DNA of 32,000 nt, from contig NZ_CP026606.1 in NCBI RefSeq assembly GCF_002945325.1, forward strand, positions 1,260,001 to 1,292,000, written 5' to 3'. This DNA comes from Methanococcus maripaludis. Its GTDB lineage: Archaea > AGJL01 > Methanococci > Methanococcales > Methanococcaceae. Of this stretch, positions 1-9,719 are shown in pieces. The notes beneath the pieces are model-generated. The model had not been told where the DNA came from. It did not search any database and saw only the letters and a program-made list of their open reading frames with translations. Position 1 is the stretch's first letter, and every line of letters begins with the position of its first letter. Both the position numbers and the translations under genes were made by a program.

Positions 1-105
1 TGTACTGAATTTCTTATTTTTATACATTAAGTCAATAACGGTCTGTACAGTAAAATCAGGATATATTTTAATAAATTTTTTATCCATCAAGCTTTTTACT
101 TTCAT
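1..105 (-). CDS. 5' end of a CBS-domain-like protein gene (partial, continues past window start), directly downstream of the eha ferredoxin genes
   Basis: ATG at 105-103 preceded by GGGGAGGGG (complement of 111-119). My translation MKVKSLMDKKFIKIYPDFTVQTVIDLMYKNKKFST looks like the usual start of a CBS pair. Frame is open to position 1. Not in the ORF track because it is truncated. Confidence 0.45.
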   Translation of the reverse strand, partial: MKVKSLMDKKFIKIYPDFTVQTVIDLMYKNKKFST

Positions 106-120
106 ATTACCCCTCCCCGA

Positions 121-879
121 CTACATATCTTTTTGTTTAATCGCTATCGCAGTTACAGGACAATTTTTCTCACATTTTCCGCAGAATATGCACATTTTAT
201 CATCCAATTTCATTAATCCATCCTCGTAAACTATCGCACCAACGGGACATATTTCACTGCATACCATACAGTTAATGCAGGTGTCATTATTTAAAGATAT
301 TTCATTTTCAGCCGTTATTTCGCCCATTTCGTTTTCAACTTTTATCGCCGATTTTGGACATACTTTTTCGCAAGCAGTACACCCCATGCAGAGGTCTAGA
401 TTTATGTCAATGCTGTTTCTTTTTTCAACGGTTATTGCAGAAGTTGGACAGAATCTTTCGCAAATTCCGCATTTTATGCATGATTCTTCATCGAGTTCGT
501 GTTTTACCAACCTTATTTTTCTATGGGTTACGTCAATTTCTTTTAATTCGTAAACTACGGTATCCTCTTCTAATTTTGCACGACCTTCTAATACATTGAT
601 TGCACCAACGGGACATGTTTTGGCACATATTTCACATTTTACACATTTTTCAGGGATTATTTCAGCAGGGCTTTTAACGCTTGGTTCTTTTATCGCATCA
701 ACAGGACAAACTTCGTAGCAAAGCTCGCATCTAATACATTTGTTGGATTCTACGTATAAATTCCTTTCAACAGGCACCATTAAATCCTTTAATTTTTCTT
801 TTACAAATTTTTCATCAATTCCAAGATTTTTTGAAATATCTGAGATGATTTTTTGGACTGGTTTTTTTACGGTTATCAT
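121..879 (-). CDS. Polyferredoxin with six [4Fe-4S]-type motifs (third ferredoxin gene of the eha operon)
   Basis: Motifs CIRCELCYEVCP, CVKCEICAKTCP, CIKCGICERFCP, CMGCTACEKVCP, CINCMVCSEICP, CIFCGKCEKNCP. GGTG lies 6 nt upstream of ATG 879. Confidence 0.88.
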   Translation of the reverse strand: MITVKKPVQKIISDISKNLGIDEKFVKEKLKDLMVPVERNLYVESNKCIRCELCYEVCPVDAIKEPSVKSPAEIIPEKCVKCEICAKTCPVGAINVLEGRAKLEEDTVVYELKEIDVTHRKIRLVKHELDEESCIKCGICERFCPTSAITVEKRNSIDINLDLCMGCTACEKVCPKSAIKVENEMGEITAENEISLNNDTCINCMVCSEICPVGAIVYEDGLMKLDDKMCIFCGKCEKNCPVTAIAIKQKDM

Positions 880-899
880 CTAAAACACCTTTTTAGGTA

Positions 900-1385
900 T
901 TATTCAAGTTTAATCGCTTTTGCAGGGCATATCTCTTCGCAATGTCCGCAGAGTACGCATTTATCCATATCGAAAGAAATATTATCATCAGATTCAGATA
1001 TTGCTCCAAACGGACAGTTTTTAGTACATACTAAACACATTACACATTTTTTTCGATTATAGTCTAATTTTTTACTTTTTAATCGATTTTCAATTATTAA
1101 ATTGCCCTGTTCTACCCTTACTCTAGTTTTAGTAATTTTTATCGCATCAACAGGACATGTTTCAACGCATGTGTTGCAGTAGACACATTTATTATCAATA
1201 TCTGGAACTTCTGGAAAGTTCGAGCTGATTGCAGTTACCGGACACACTTCAAGGCATCTATTGCACAATATGCAGAGTTCTGGATTTATCTCGATTTTGT
1301 TACTGATGTACTGGCTGTCAAGTTCAAATTTGATATCCAAATTATCAAAATATTTTTTAAGAATTTTCGATACCATATCAATCAT
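900..1385 (-). CDS. ehaQ: Ferredoxin with four [4Fe-4S]-type motifs (second eha polyferredoxin; symbol is positional only)
   Basis: Motifs CILCNRCLEVCP, CVYCNTCVETCP, CVMCLVCTKNCP, CVLCGHCEEICP. I prefer ATG at 1385 (MIDMVSK...), preceded by GAGGAAGG and overlapping the upstream stop. The track start at 1433 lies inside the preceding gene. Confidence 0.8.
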   Translation of the reverse strand: MIDMVSKILKKYFDNLDIKFELDSQYISNKIEINPELCILCNRCLEVCPVTAISSNFPEVPDIDNKCVYCNTCVETCPVDAIKITKTRVRVEQGNLIIENRLKSKKLDYNRKKCVMCLVCTKNCPFGAISESDDNISFDMDKCVLCGHCEEICPAKAIKLE

Positions 1386-2559
1386 CCTTCCTCTTTTCAC
1401 CAATATTTTCCTCTGAAATCGACTGTTTTCCAAGATTTTTAACTTCTTCTTTTAACAATACATAATTTTTGGTGAATTCTTCAAGGTCGCTGTGCAGGAT
1501 ACTTTCAAATTCGTCTCTTATTTTTCGTTTAGAGTACAAATCTTCAGATGTTTCTGTTTTAAGATAATCAATTGCATCAACAGGACATGCATTTTGACAT
1601 AATCCGCATCTTACACAGTATTCCGGATTAATGTACGGTAAATTGGTTTCTTTAGATATTAAAATTGCTTCAGGAACATTACATGCCCTATAACAAATTC
1701 TACAGCCGATACATTTTTCTTCATCAACAATGTAGCACTCAGCAGTTCTTTTCGTAATTTTTTCAGGAACTCCGATCCTTATCGCGGTTGTTGGACACAC
1801 TTCAAGACATTTTCCGGATTTTATGCAGGATGTAACTTTAAGTCTTTCAAGGTCTATTGAACCAGGACAAACATCAACACAGTTTCCGCAACCAATACAT
1901 AAACTTGGAACGATCCTAGGAATTTCGGCTATTACGTCGCTTTCTTCTTTAAAATCACTTCCAAGTCTTTCCCGGTCAAATTTAGTATTTTGTGCAATTT
2001 CTATTTTTTCAGAAAGTCCCGGTTCATCGTATGTAACAATTGCATTTTCCACAGGGCATACTTTAAGGCAATTTTTACAGCTTACACAAATGTTAACGTC
2101 TATTTCATAGAGTCCAGTATTGTTGTGAGAAATTGCATCAACTGGGCACGCATTTTCACAAGTTCCACAGCTTACGCAGATTTCCTCATCAATTAATAAG
2201 TTGATGATTTTTGGAACATTCCACAAAAGTTCTTTTGCTTCTTTTCGAAGGGTTCCCATCTCTAAAACATTTGTTGGGCAAGATTCAACGCAGTTTCCAC
2301 AGTTTATACATGAACCTGCATCAAATACGGGCATTTCTTTTTTAAATTCTTCGTTAAATTCCATTGAAATTGCATCAGAAGGGCAGGATTCTTTACATGC
2401 ACTGCAACTTATACATTTCTCGGGTAAATCAAAAATTACCGGAATTTTTCTAAATCTTTCTGGTGGAATAAAACTTTCTTTTTCAGATTTGGCGTTCGTA
2501 AATCTCATAAACCATTTTTTTCTTACGAACTCGTAAAGGTACCAAATGGATGATGACAT
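1378..2559 (-). CDS. ehaP: Polyferredoxin with eight [4Fe-4S]-type motifs, one of them a CxxSxxCxxxCP variant (first eha polyferredoxin; symbol is positional only)
   Basis: Motifs CISCSACKESCP, CINCGNCVESCP, CVSCGTCENACP, CVSCKNCLKVCP, CIGCGNCVDVCP, CIKSGKCLEVCP, CIGCRICYRAC, CVRCGLCQNACP. ATG 2559 is preceded by AGGTGAT. Confidence 0.85.
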   Translation of the reverse strand: MSSSIWYLYEFVRKKWFMRFTNAKSEKESFIPPERFRKIPVIFDLPEKCISCSACKESCPSDAISMEFNEEFKKEMPVFDAGSCINCGNCVESCPTNVLEMGTLRKEAKELLWNVPKIINLLIDEEICVSCGTCENACPVDAISHNNTGLYEIDVNICVSCKNCLKVCPVENAIVTYDEPGLSEKIEIAQNTKFDRERLGSDFKEESDVIAEIPRIVPSLCIGCGNCVDVCPGSIDLERLKVTSCIKSGKCLEVCPTTAIRIGVPEKITKRTAECYIVDEEKCIGCRICYRACNVPEAILISKETNLPYINPEYCVRCGLCQNACPVDAIDYLKTETSEDLYSKRKIRDEFESILHSDLEEFTKNYVLLKEEVKNLGKQSISEENIGEKRKDD

Positions 2560-2587
2560 AAGTATCACCTGCAATCAGGTTTATTTA

Positions 2588-3715
2588 TTAGATTTTGTAG
2601 TCGCTAAGTTTTCCAGTATTTAAGTCTTTTAATTGGATAGTTCTTTCAGTACATGATACACAAGGGTCTATTGAGGTATATGTTGCAACTGCATCCGCAA
2701 TTGTTGGGCAGTCTTTTATCATGTATTTATAAGCTTCAAGGTTCATTACAGTTGGAGTTCTTATAATAATTCTTTTTATGAGTCCGCCATCGGTAATTGC
2801 AATTTTATAGTAAACTTCGCCCCTGTGAGCTTCGTTATACCATTCTCCTTCAGTAGCTCTAATTTCAGCCTTATTTCTAACGATTCCTGAAGATTCCGCA
2901 TAGTGTTCAAGTGCTCTTCTTATAAGTTCGACACTCGTGAGAACTTCATCATGTCTTACCATCATTCGCGCGTAGTTGTCCCCTTCATTTCTCCAATCGG
3001 GTTTGAAATTCAGTGCTTTGTAAGTTTCATGCCTTAGTCTCCAGTCACTTTCAGGAATTCCTGAAGCTCTTGCAACAGGTCCTGCTGCACGTGTTTTCAT
3101 GATTTCTTTGTAGCCAATTTTTCCAATATGTTTACTTCTCATTCCAATTAATGGGCCGGTTTCGAATACTTCAATTATATTTTTAACATCTTCTTCAAAT
3201 TCATCAATTTTTTTGTGAATTTTATCTAAAATTTCCTTGTTTAAATCGAGTCTCACTCCACCAACAACGTTAAATCCCATGTTTACCCTATTTCCTGTAA
3301 TTAATTCGAGTAAATCCATGATAGATTCCCTTACATTTAACATCCATATTCCAAGAGTTTCATGTTCAATTGTAAGATTGTAAACTGCTGCTGCGATCAG
3401 GTGGCTGTGAATTCTCTCAAGTTCACAGGTAATTACTCTTAAATATTTTGCTTTTTCAGGAACTTCAATATCACACATATTTTCAATGCATTCTGCAAAA
3501 GACTGGGTGTGGATATATGAACAGATTCCGCAAACTCTTTCTGAAAGGTGTATACATTTTAAATAATGTTTTCCTTCCATAATACGTTCTATACCCCTGT
3601 GAACGTAACCCATGTCTATTTCAGCACCTTTTACGTTTTCTCCTTCAACAAGGAGTTTTATTCGCAAGGGTTCTTTTAGTATCGGGTGAATGGGTCCAAT
3701 CGGTACTACATTCAT
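2588..3715 (-). CDS. ehaO: Energy-converting hydrogenase A large subunit ([NiFe] centre, NuoD/EchE-like)
   Basis: N-terminal Ni-binding motif [10 protein letters not shown] and C-terminal DPCVSCTER. The 375-aa size is typical of group 4 membrane-bound hydrogenases. Confidence 0.93.
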   Translation of the reverse strand: MNVVPIGPIHPILKEPLRIKLLVEGENVKGAEIDMGYVHRGIERIMEGKHYLKCIHLSERVCGICSYIHTQSFAECIENMCDIEVPEKAKYLRVITCELERIHSHLIAAAVYNLTIEHETLGIWMLNVRESIMDLLELITGNRVNMGFNVVGGVRLDLNKEILDKIHKKIDEFEEDVKNIIEVFETGPLIGMRSKHIGKIGYKEIMKTRAAGPVARASGIPESDWRLRHETYKALNFKPDWRNEGDNYARMMVRHDEVLTSVELIRRALEHYAESSGIVRNKAEIRATEGEWYNEAHRGEVYYKIAITDGGLIKRIIIRTPTVMNLEAYKYMIKDCPTIADAVATYTSIDPCVSCTERTIQLKDLNTGKLSDYKI

Positions 3716-3728
3716 AATATCATCTCAA

Positions 3729-4199
3729 TCATGCTTTGGCTTTATTTTTTTCTTCTTTTAATTTTTGATTAAGCAGTTTTTCTTTAGCCGCAAGTGCATC
3801 TGGGGCAATTGATACAACTGCAGATATAATTTCTGAAGGTCTTGGCGGGCATCCTGGAAGTTTTGCATCAACTGGAATTACTTTATCAACGGGCCCATGA
3901 ATATGTCCTTCTTTAAATATTCCGCCACTCAGTGCGCATGCACCAACTGCGATAACTATTTTTGGTTCGGGAGTTTTTTCGTAAATTTCAAGAAGTCTTT
4001 TTTCCCAAGCTCCCGTTACTGGGCCAGTTACAACTAAAACATCGGCTTCTCTTGGATTGTTATGCACATAAATTCCGTACTGTTCAATATCGTACCTTGG
4101 GGCAAGGCATGATACTATTTCAATATCGCAACCGTTGCAACCACCGGTGTTTACAAGACAGACGTTAATTGATCGTTTTCTTACAAAATCTTTAATCAT
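3729..4199 (-). CDS. ehaN: Energy-converting hydrogenase A small subunit (NuoB/EchC-like, one [4Fe-4S])
   Basis: Motifs [17 protein letters not shown] and GCPPRP. The start is uncertain: ATG 4199 has GGAG 9 nt upstream, and alternatives are ATG 4208 or GTG 4232. Confidence 0.9.
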   Translation of the reverse strand: MIKDFVRKRSINVCLVNTGGCNGCDIEIVSCLAPRYDIEQYGIYVHNNPREADVLVVTGPVTGAWEKRLLEIYEKTPEPKIVIAVGACALSGGIFKEGHIHGPVDKVIPVDAKLPGCPPRPSEIISAVVSIAPDALAAKEKLLNQKLKEEKNKAKA

Positions 4200-4221
4200 C
4201 AAGATCATCTCCAAATTAACT

Positions 4222-4632
4222 CTATTCCTCACCCTTCAGGATTCTAATTGTAAGGAGTCTGCCGTTCTCAAGTGCTTCTTTGTAGGGTATTTTTTTGATA
4301 ATTGTGTCTTCAACGACCTTTCTTCTTATTAAATCAGCATCTTTTTTAGAAATTAATCCAAAAAAATCTGCTATCCAACATAATCCTAAGTCAATGTCGA
4401 CTCTTCTTCCAAGGCATCCCATTTTAGCCTGTTCAACATATGCATGGGATTCGTAAAGCGCTACTCCATCGCATGTTTTTACGAATACATCAACAACTTC
4501 ATCCATGGACATTTTGAGGGCTTTTGAAATTGGAACGATCGCTTCTTCCATTATGTAACGATTACCCTTTATTATGTTGTATTTTTGTTCTAAACTTGAT
4601 TTTTTGTAATTTTTGTCGATTTCTTCTAGCAT
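4222..4632 (-). CDS. ehaM: Eha hydrophilic subunit M
   Basis: Soluble 136-aa ORF lying between the membrane subunits and the small subunit. GGTGA SD precedes ATG 4632. The call is positional. Confidence 0.72.
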   Translation of the reverse strand: MLEEIDKNYKKSSLEQKYNIIKGNRYIMEEAIVPISKALKMSMDEVVDVFVKTCDGVALYESHAYVEQAKMGCLGRRVDIDLGLCWIADFFGLISKKDADLIRRKVVEDTIIKKIPYKEALENGRLLTIRILKGEE

Positions 4633-4647
4633 ATTTTCACCTTTTTG

Positions 4648-4947
4648 CTAGACTATTCCAATTGTTAGTAAAATGTAGCCGATAAGTGCAATTAAAACTC
4701 CAAGACAGAATTCGGAATGTCCATATCCGGGCCTCATTCCAAGTGGAAATGCAAGGAATAATACTGAAATTGGGGCGTTTACTGTAAACGCGAGTCCCCC
4801 GATAATGGCTGAAATAAGTGCTGTACTGTCAAGGGTTTTTTCCACGTAAGGTTTAGCATATTTTTTGTAGCTGTATGAAAGGCCCAACATTGATCCAATA
4901 ACGAATGTAATTGCACAATAAAGTAGTATGAATGGAACTTCGTTCAT
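4648..4947 (-). CDS. ehaL: Eha small integral membrane subunit L
   Basis: Hydrophobic ORF. I prefer ATG 4947 (MNEVPF...), preceded by GGGTGAT that spans the ehaK stop. Confidence 0.7.
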   Translation of the reverse strand: MNEVPFILLYCAITFVIGSMLGLSYSYKKYAKPYVEKTLDSTALISAIIGGLAFTVNAPISVLFLAFPLGMRPGYGHSEFCLGVLIALIGYILLTIGIV

Positions 4948-4951
4948 AAAA

Positions 4952-5203
4952 TCACCCTGCGATAAATGCGAAATATCCAAGATAGATAAATGCAATTAAT
5001 ACAGCCAGCATCATTAAATGCTCTGTAGTTTCTATTAAATGGGTTATTTTTTTATTCTGAATAAGTAATGCCAATATTCCTACAAGAAGGACTACGAAAA
5101 GACCTAAAATTGGGGTTATTGGGTATTGAAGCATGTTAATAAGTACTATCATTCCCAAAACCACAAATCCTGCAATCGAAAGTAACTGGATGTACTGTTT
5201 CAT
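4952..5203 (-). CDS. ehaK: Eha small integral membrane subunit K
   Basis: 83 aa and almost entirely hydrophobic. GGTG SD precedes ATG 5203. Confidence 0.7.
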   Translation of the reverse strand: MKQYIQLLSIAGFVVLGMIVLINMLQYPITPILGLFVVLLVGILALLIQNKKITHLIETTEHLMMLAVLIAFIYLGYFAFIAG

Positions 5204-5211
5204 GATAACAC

Positions 5212-6090
5212 CTAATGGATGATTCTGTATGCCAGATCAATTAACGTAAGTGACGCAATTGTAATTTGGAGCATTACTGAGTGATTTGGAGCAAGTAGTG
5301 GAGTTAATGCACAGATAAATGAAATAATTATCGTTAAGACAAACATTCCAAGCAACGTCAAAACTGGGCTTGCTACGATTAATGGGCCTAAAAACAACGC
5401 CATAAAGAGCCATAGTAATACAAACCATGCTATTGCGTCTCCAATCATTATAATCGCTTCAAGAGGTCCGTAATGTTCTGTAAGATATCCGCTTATGATA
5501 TCTTTTCCTTTCACTATTGCAAATGGACTGAAAGGTGCTTTTGAAAGAACAAGGACAAATACTGCAAAAGCACATATTGGGAGTTGGAATATTAATGGAC
5601 CATTTACAGCCTGATAATTTATTATATCTCCAATAATCAATGAATGTGTTACCGTATAGACTATTCCAGCAGCGGCAAAGAGTGGAACTTCTGCAGCAGC
5701 GGAGAAAACACTTCTAACACCACCAACTTTTCCATATGGGGAGCCACTACTCAGTCCACAGCCATGTTCAACTATTTTTTGTAATATATAGAGTCCGATC
5801 AATATCAGTAGGGATGATTCAAAGACAACTGCAATTGATAATGCACTCATCCAGACCATGACATCCATCAATGCTACAAAGACGTACAGTGGATTTCCTG
5901 CTGAAATTGGGAATGTTAATTCTTTAAAGTAAAATTTGAATGTATGGATTAAATACTGAATAATTGGGGGCCCGGGTCGACACTGAATTCTTGCCATAAT
6001 TTTTCTGTGGAATCCGAGCAAAATTCCGCCAACTAAAAAGGCATACAATGCATACATAAGTCCGTTAAACATACTGAATGCTGCGTTCAA
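5212..6090 (-). CDS. ehaJ: Eha conserved integral membrane subunit (NuoH/HycD/EchB-like)
   Basis: Polytopic 292-aa ORF with the NuoH-like RKIMARIQCRPGPP loop. Apparent TTG start at 6090 follows GGGTGGT. The first ATG is 6 codons in (6072) and has no SD. Confidence 0.87.
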   Translation of the reverse strand: MNAAFSMFNGLMYALYAFLVGGILLGFHRKIMARIQCRPGPPIIQYLIHTFKFYFKELTFPISAGNPLYVFVALMDVMVWMSALSIAVVFESSLLILIGLYILQKIVEHGCGLSSGSPYGKVGGVRSVFSAAAEVPLFAAAGIVYTVTHSLIIGDIINYQAVNGPLIFQLPICAFAVFVLVLSKAPFSPFAIVKGKDIISGYLTEHYGPLEAIIMIGDAIAWFVLLWLFMALFLGPLIVASPVLTLLGMFVLTIIISFICALTPLLAPNHSVMLQITIASLTLIDLAYRIIH

Positions 6091-6091
6091 A

Positions 6092-6301
6092 TTACCACCC
6101 TCTGAACGGAATTTGACCTATTTTTTCTCTTCTTGATTTCGGATTAAGGAACATTGCAATGCCAAATATCAAAAATGGGGTAAATACTGCGGTTAAGAGG
6201 TATGTTACCATTTCGTTTTGAGAATTTAAGTAAATTGTTCCCATGTATCCCAAGATTCCAATTATAAGTGCTATATAGCCACTTTTCGTTTCTGGACTCA
6301 T
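6092..6301 (-). CDS. ehaI: Eha small integral membrane subunit I
   Basis: 69 aa with two hydrophobic segments. GGTGA SD precedes ATG 6301. Confidence 0.7.
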   Translation of the reverse strand: MSPETKSGYIALIIGILGYMGTIYLNSQNEMVTYLLTAVFTPFLIFGIAMFLNPKSRREKIGQIPFRGW

Positions 6302-6310
6302 TTTTTCACC

Positions 6311-6973
6311 TTAAGATATTGTAAGCAGGATTTCTACAGTCCTTACGATAACCAAAAGGGATGACAGGTGTATCATCAGAATGTAAGGAGCTCCTGGAGC
6401 CCTGAACATTTCCGCTTTTGCTGCATAAAACGGAGCAACGCCTGTTTCTCCAATCATTCCAACTGCGTAGAGTAGTTTTTGATAGAATAATTCATTACCA
6501 TTTTTTGCAAGTTCAAATATGGAAAGAGTTCCTGTTTTTCCTAAAATCAGTGCAGCGGCACCAAATAATGGAAGTGATGAAATTATCGTGATAAGTCCGT
6601 AGTGGAATGCTGCATTCAACACCCATTCCTTTTTAACTGCTGCAACAATTCCAATGTTTGAGATACCAATTACGGCAAGAAATAGTGCAAAGTCGAATAA
6701 GTCCCCAGTTAACATTGAAAATGCAGTCGCAATACCACATACTACCGACATAAATCTCCTTATTTTAAGTTCTTCAACTGTCACGTAATTAAATTTATCA
6801 CCAAATTCATGAACCTGGGCTTCCAGTTGTTTTTCTGGTTTTGTAAAGTACACGATAACTGTGAAAAGCATCGCCACAATGAATGCTATGAGCGAAAAGT
6901 CTGTTACATAAAATACGATATCTCCCAAAGGAATTATTCCGTGAAAGTTTCCTGCGATATATTCAACGAGCAT
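6311..6973 (-). CDS. ehaH: Eha conserved integral membrane subunit H
   Basis: Polytopic ORF. I prefer ATG 6973, preceded by GGTGAT; the track start 6982 is a GTG inside that SD. Confidence 0.78.
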   Translation of the reverse strand: MLVEYIAGNFHGIIPLGDIVFYVTDFSLIAFIVAMLFTVIVYFTKPEKQLEAQVHEFGDKFNYVTVEELKIRRFMSVVCGIATAFSMLTGDLFDFALFLAVIGISNIGIVAAVKKEWVLNAAFHYGLITIISSLPLFGAAALILGKTGTLSIFELAKNGNELFYQKLLYAVGMIGETGVAPFYAAKAEMFRAPGAPYILMIHLSSLLVIVRTVEILLTIS

Positions 6974-6994
6974 TTTAATCACCTTTGGTCGAAA

Positions 6995-7681
6995 TTATTC
7001 GAATAACTCTCCAATTAGTCCGAGTTTAGAACCTACTTTTATTGCAAGTCCAAATCCGGCTATAATCAAGAAATATGGCCATTTTGAAGGGAATAAGAAG
7101 AATCCAATAAACCCAAGTATCCAAATTGCCCATGCAATTCCTGAAAACGCTGAAATTCCTTCCCAAGATACTTTTAACTCTTCTGGAAGTATTTTTCTAC
7201 CGAGAACTCTTTTCGAAAGTACATAGAACAAAAGACCGCTGGCCATAACTGCTCCGCCAGTAAATCCACTTAAAATTGCCCCGTAAATTACGAGTATAAC
7301 TGCGAGGAATTTTGGAGTGGTGTACAATACTTCCATTTTACTAAAGTTTATATCCATTTTAGGGGTTTCTTTAATCATAAACTCTTCTAAAAGCTTTGAT
7401 TTTTTTGGTTTACCCTCTTTTCTTAAGTCATTTCTTGAAACAAATATTTCTGCAACTGCCAAGAGTTCTGCCATACCTACAACCAATCCTGGAAGTATGA
7501 GTGCTTCTGCAAGGTCTGATCCAATTGCTGCAATAATTACGAGCATTCCGTATTCTATAAGGTCAGTTAACAATATCATGTTAAGGTCTGATTTTTGGCG
7601 GGAAATTGAATAAAGTGAAATTATTCCAACTATAAATCCGACAGCAACTGTTTTACTAAACAATAAACTCACGTAGTCCAT
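6995..7681 (-). CDS. ehaG: Eha integral membrane subunit G
   Basis: 228 aa, hydrophobic with a charged central loop. Its ATG overlaps the ehaF stop (TAATG), with GGTGA upstream. Confidence 0.7.
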   Translation of the reverse strand: MDYVSLLFSKTVAVGFIVGIISLYSISRQKSDLNMILLTDLIEYGMLVIIAAIGSDLAEALILPGLVVGMAELLAVAEIFVSRNDLRKEGKPKKSKLLEEFMIKETPKMDINFSKMEVLYTTPKFLAVILVIYGAILSGFTGGAVMASGLLFYVLSKRVLGRKILPEELKVSWEGISAFSGIAWAIWILGFIGFFLFPSKWPYFLIIAGFGLAIKVGSKLGLIGELFE

Positions 7682-8154
7682 TATTTCACCTTATTATTCC
7701 GATTTAGGAATAACCATCCAAATATCGTGAACGAGAGGAGCAAAGTCAGTGATTCTAAAACTGTATCAAATCCTCTTGTATAGTATAATATTTCGTCCAG
7801 TATTCCCCCAGGGGTTGAAACGATTGTTGTACCAAAGTACATTGTATTTTCACTTATTGCAATAGCAACAGGGGATAAATAAGCTGTAATTTGGCCTCTA
7901 ATGCTTTGGTATTCTGGGTACTGGGATTTAATATCTGCAGGTTCCGATAATACAACTCCACCCCTGTCGTATGGTGCAAGAGGTGTTTTTAAAACCTGGC
8001 CCTGTATTGCATTTTTTGGATAAAGCTGGTCGCTTGTAAATTCCGTAGGTAAGAATATACCAATGAATAAAACTATGCAGACAAACCCTGCAAACAATCT
8101 GGAGACGGCACTGGGTTTTGAAATATAATTCCAGGCTTCGTTTAGCTTTTTCAT
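7681..8154 (-). CDS. ehaF: Eha membrane subunit F
   Basis: I prefer ATG 8154 (MKKLNEAW...), preceded by GGAGGAATAAT that spans the ehaE stop. It has N- and C-terminal TM segments. Confidence 0.7.
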   Translation of the reverse strand: MKKLNEAWNYISKPSAVSRLFAGFVCIVLFIGIFLPTEFTSDQLYPKNAIQGQVLKTPLAPYDRGGVVLSEPADIKSQYPEYQSIRGQITAYLSPVAIAISENTMYFGTTIVSTPGGILDEILYYTRGFDTVLESLTLLLSFTIFGWLFLNRNNKVK

Positions 8155-8155
8155 A

Positions 8156-8410
8156 TTATTCCTCCAGTTCCTCATTTTTGATAATCGCTCTCACGAGTAC
8201 AAGTGTAAGGATAGCATTTACGCCGAGGAACGTCATAAGTGCAAGAGTCTGGTTGTACGCTAGAAATATTAAACAAACTCCAATGGCCGGAACTTCAATG
8301 TTTAAAAATCTTTTAAATGGATCTTTTGTTAATGGCCCAATAACTGCACCGACTGTACCGATTATAAGTAAGAAGTAGCCCACGTACAACGTCAAGGTAA
8401 TTAAATCCAT
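8156..8410 (-). CDS. ehaE: Eha small integral membrane subunit E
   Basis: 84 aa, hydrophobic. GGTGATAAA precedes the ATG. Confidence 0.7.
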   Translation of the reverse strand: MDLITLTLYVGYFLLIIGTVGAVIGPLTKDPFKRFLNIEVPAIGVCLIFLAYNQTLALMTFLGVNAILTLVLVRAIIKNEELEE

Positions 8411-8418
8411 TTTATCAC

Positions 8419-8697
8419 CTATTTAGTAAGCACAGGGACTTCTGCACTGTATTTTTTCTTAGTTCTTAATATGTATTCATATTTTAACACGCCTAAAAGC
8501 AGTATCAGCGTAGAAATTGGTTCTAAAACGGATGAAACAATCGCAACATCAAGGTAGTAAAATGAAGCAATAAAGCCGATAAGTCCGCTTTCAAGAAGTG
8601 CAAACATGATTATCTTGTTAATATTGTGCGTATGAATGATGGTACCTATTCCTCCAAGAATACAGCACCCTGCAGCAACGATAGGTAGTATTTCCAT
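8419..8697 (-). CDS. ehaD: Eha small integral membrane subunit D
   Basis: Hydrophobic ORF. I prefer ATG 8697, preceded by GGTGAT that overlaps the ehaC stop. Confidence 0.7.
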   Translation of the reverse strand: MEILPIVAAGCCILGGIGTIIHTHNINKIIMFALLESGLIGFIASFYYLDVAIVSSVLEPISTLILLLGVLKYEYILRTKKKYSAEVPVLTK

Positions 8698-8702
8698 CAA
8701 AA

Positions 8703-8969
8703 TCACCTTTTCTTCTCAAATTCATCCATTTTGTCGATTTCTCCAAGAGTATGGGCTATCGCATTACTGGATACTGTTGATAATGCAAAGTAAACAACTG
8801 CTGCAATTGCACCCATCGGGCTTTTTATGTAGAGTGCAATCAATGCTGCAATACAGAAGTTAATACAACAAATAATAGGGAGTTTTAAAGCTCTGCTTTT
8901 TGTCAGAAATACTTTTATAACGGAAATTATCCCTATAAGTCCAATTGTAACGGTTACAAGAGATTCCAT
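8703..8969 (-). CDS. ehaC: Eha small integral membrane subunit C
   Basis: 88 aa, hydrophobic. GGGGAGGATATAA precedes the ATG, and the gene directly abuts the ehaB stop. Confidence 0.7.
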   Translation of the reverse strand: MESLVTVTIGLIGIISVIKVFLTKSRALKLPIICCINFCIAALIALYIKSPMGAIAAVVYFALSTVSSNAIAHTLGEIDKMDEFEKKR

Positions 8970-9461
8970 TTATATCCTCCCCATTTTTCTTGCAATACTG
9001 CCGAGAAGTTGTGATGCAGCGCTGTGATGTACGCCTTGAATTGAGAATATTGCTAGAACCATTCCTGCAATAAAATATTCAGCGCTTATAAATCCGCTAA
9101 ATAAGTAAATTAATACTGTTGCAGTAATTGTTCCAATTGTTCCTGCACAACCTGTATCATTACATAATCTGTTTCCAATGTAGATGAAAAGTGCAGCAAT
9201 TAATCCACCTTCAAAGCCCATCAGGTAGTAAAATATTGAAGCCATTAACGTTCCTGCCGATGCATCAGGGGAACATACAATGTTTCCCATGAAATAGCCA
9301 CCATTGATATTTCCACCGACATTTTCTATCTTTTTACCGATTACTTTGGCACCGAGAACTCCTGGTTTTTTTGGAAGTCCAAAGTAGGTGTCAACAATAA
9401 CAAAATTTAACCAGCAAATTGCAAACGCGGCCAATATTTTTCCAGTTTCAATTAATATCAT
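8970..9461 (-). CDS. ehaB: Eha integral membrane subunit B
   Basis: I prefer ATG 9461 (MILIETGK...), preceded by GGTG and overlapping the 3' end of ehaA. Confidence 0.7.
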   Translation of the reverse strand: MILIETGKILAAFAICWLNFVIVDTYFGLPKKPGVLGAKVIGKKIENVGGNINGGYFMGNIVCSPDASAGTLMASIFYYLMGFEGGLIAALFIYIGNRLCNDTGCAGTIGTITATVLIYLFSGFISAEYFIAGMVLAIFSIQGVHHSAASQLLGSIARKMGRI

Positions 9462-9714
9462 TATTAACACCAGGGAATATTTTGTTTGTAAATTTCGAGA
9501 AAACACTCGCAAAAATTCCTATTATTATACTGGAAACCAGGTCTAAAGTTATTAAATAGCCAATTAATGCAGTTAAACCAATTGCTACAAATGGGGTTGG
9601 GAAAAGTACGGATCCTTCAAAAGAATCCATATCAAATGACAGTTTCATTCCAATAACTGCCCCAACTACAATTGCAGAAACCAAAGATACTGCGTAGTTA
9701 ATTAATAAAACCAT
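9448..9714 (-). CDS. ehaA: Eha small integral membrane subunit A (first structural gene)
   Basis: Hydrophobic 88-aa ORF. ATG 9714 lies 5 nt after a GGTGA that contains the stop codon of the upstream HTH gene. Confidence 0.72.
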   Translation of the reverse strand: MVLLINYAVSLVSAIVVGAVIGMKLSFDMDSFEGSVLFPTPFVAIGLTALIGYLITLDLVSSIIIGIFASVFSKFTNKIFPGVNNDIN

Positions 9715-9719
9715 GAAAA

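Larger units (their letters stand above)
121..9714 (-). other. eha: Energy-converting [NiFe] hydrogenase A (eha) operon body: 18 tightly packed or overlapping cistrons, ehaA through the third polyferredoxin
   Basis: Twelve small hydrophobic ORFs, one hydrophilic ORF, NuoB-like and NuoD-like hydrogenase subunits, then polyferredoxins. This composition and order match the published Eha architecture. Intergenic gaps are 0-20 bp, with several stop/start overlaps and a GGTG(A) SD before nearly every start. Confidence 0.9.

Noticed and set aside
2588-3715. Looked for an in-frame TGA (selenocysteine) or split ORFs in the hydrogenase large subunit and elsewhere, since Methanococcus uses Sec.
   Set aside because: EhaO has Cys at both Ni-binding motifs and is uninterrupted. 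No gene in the window appears split by an in-frame stop.
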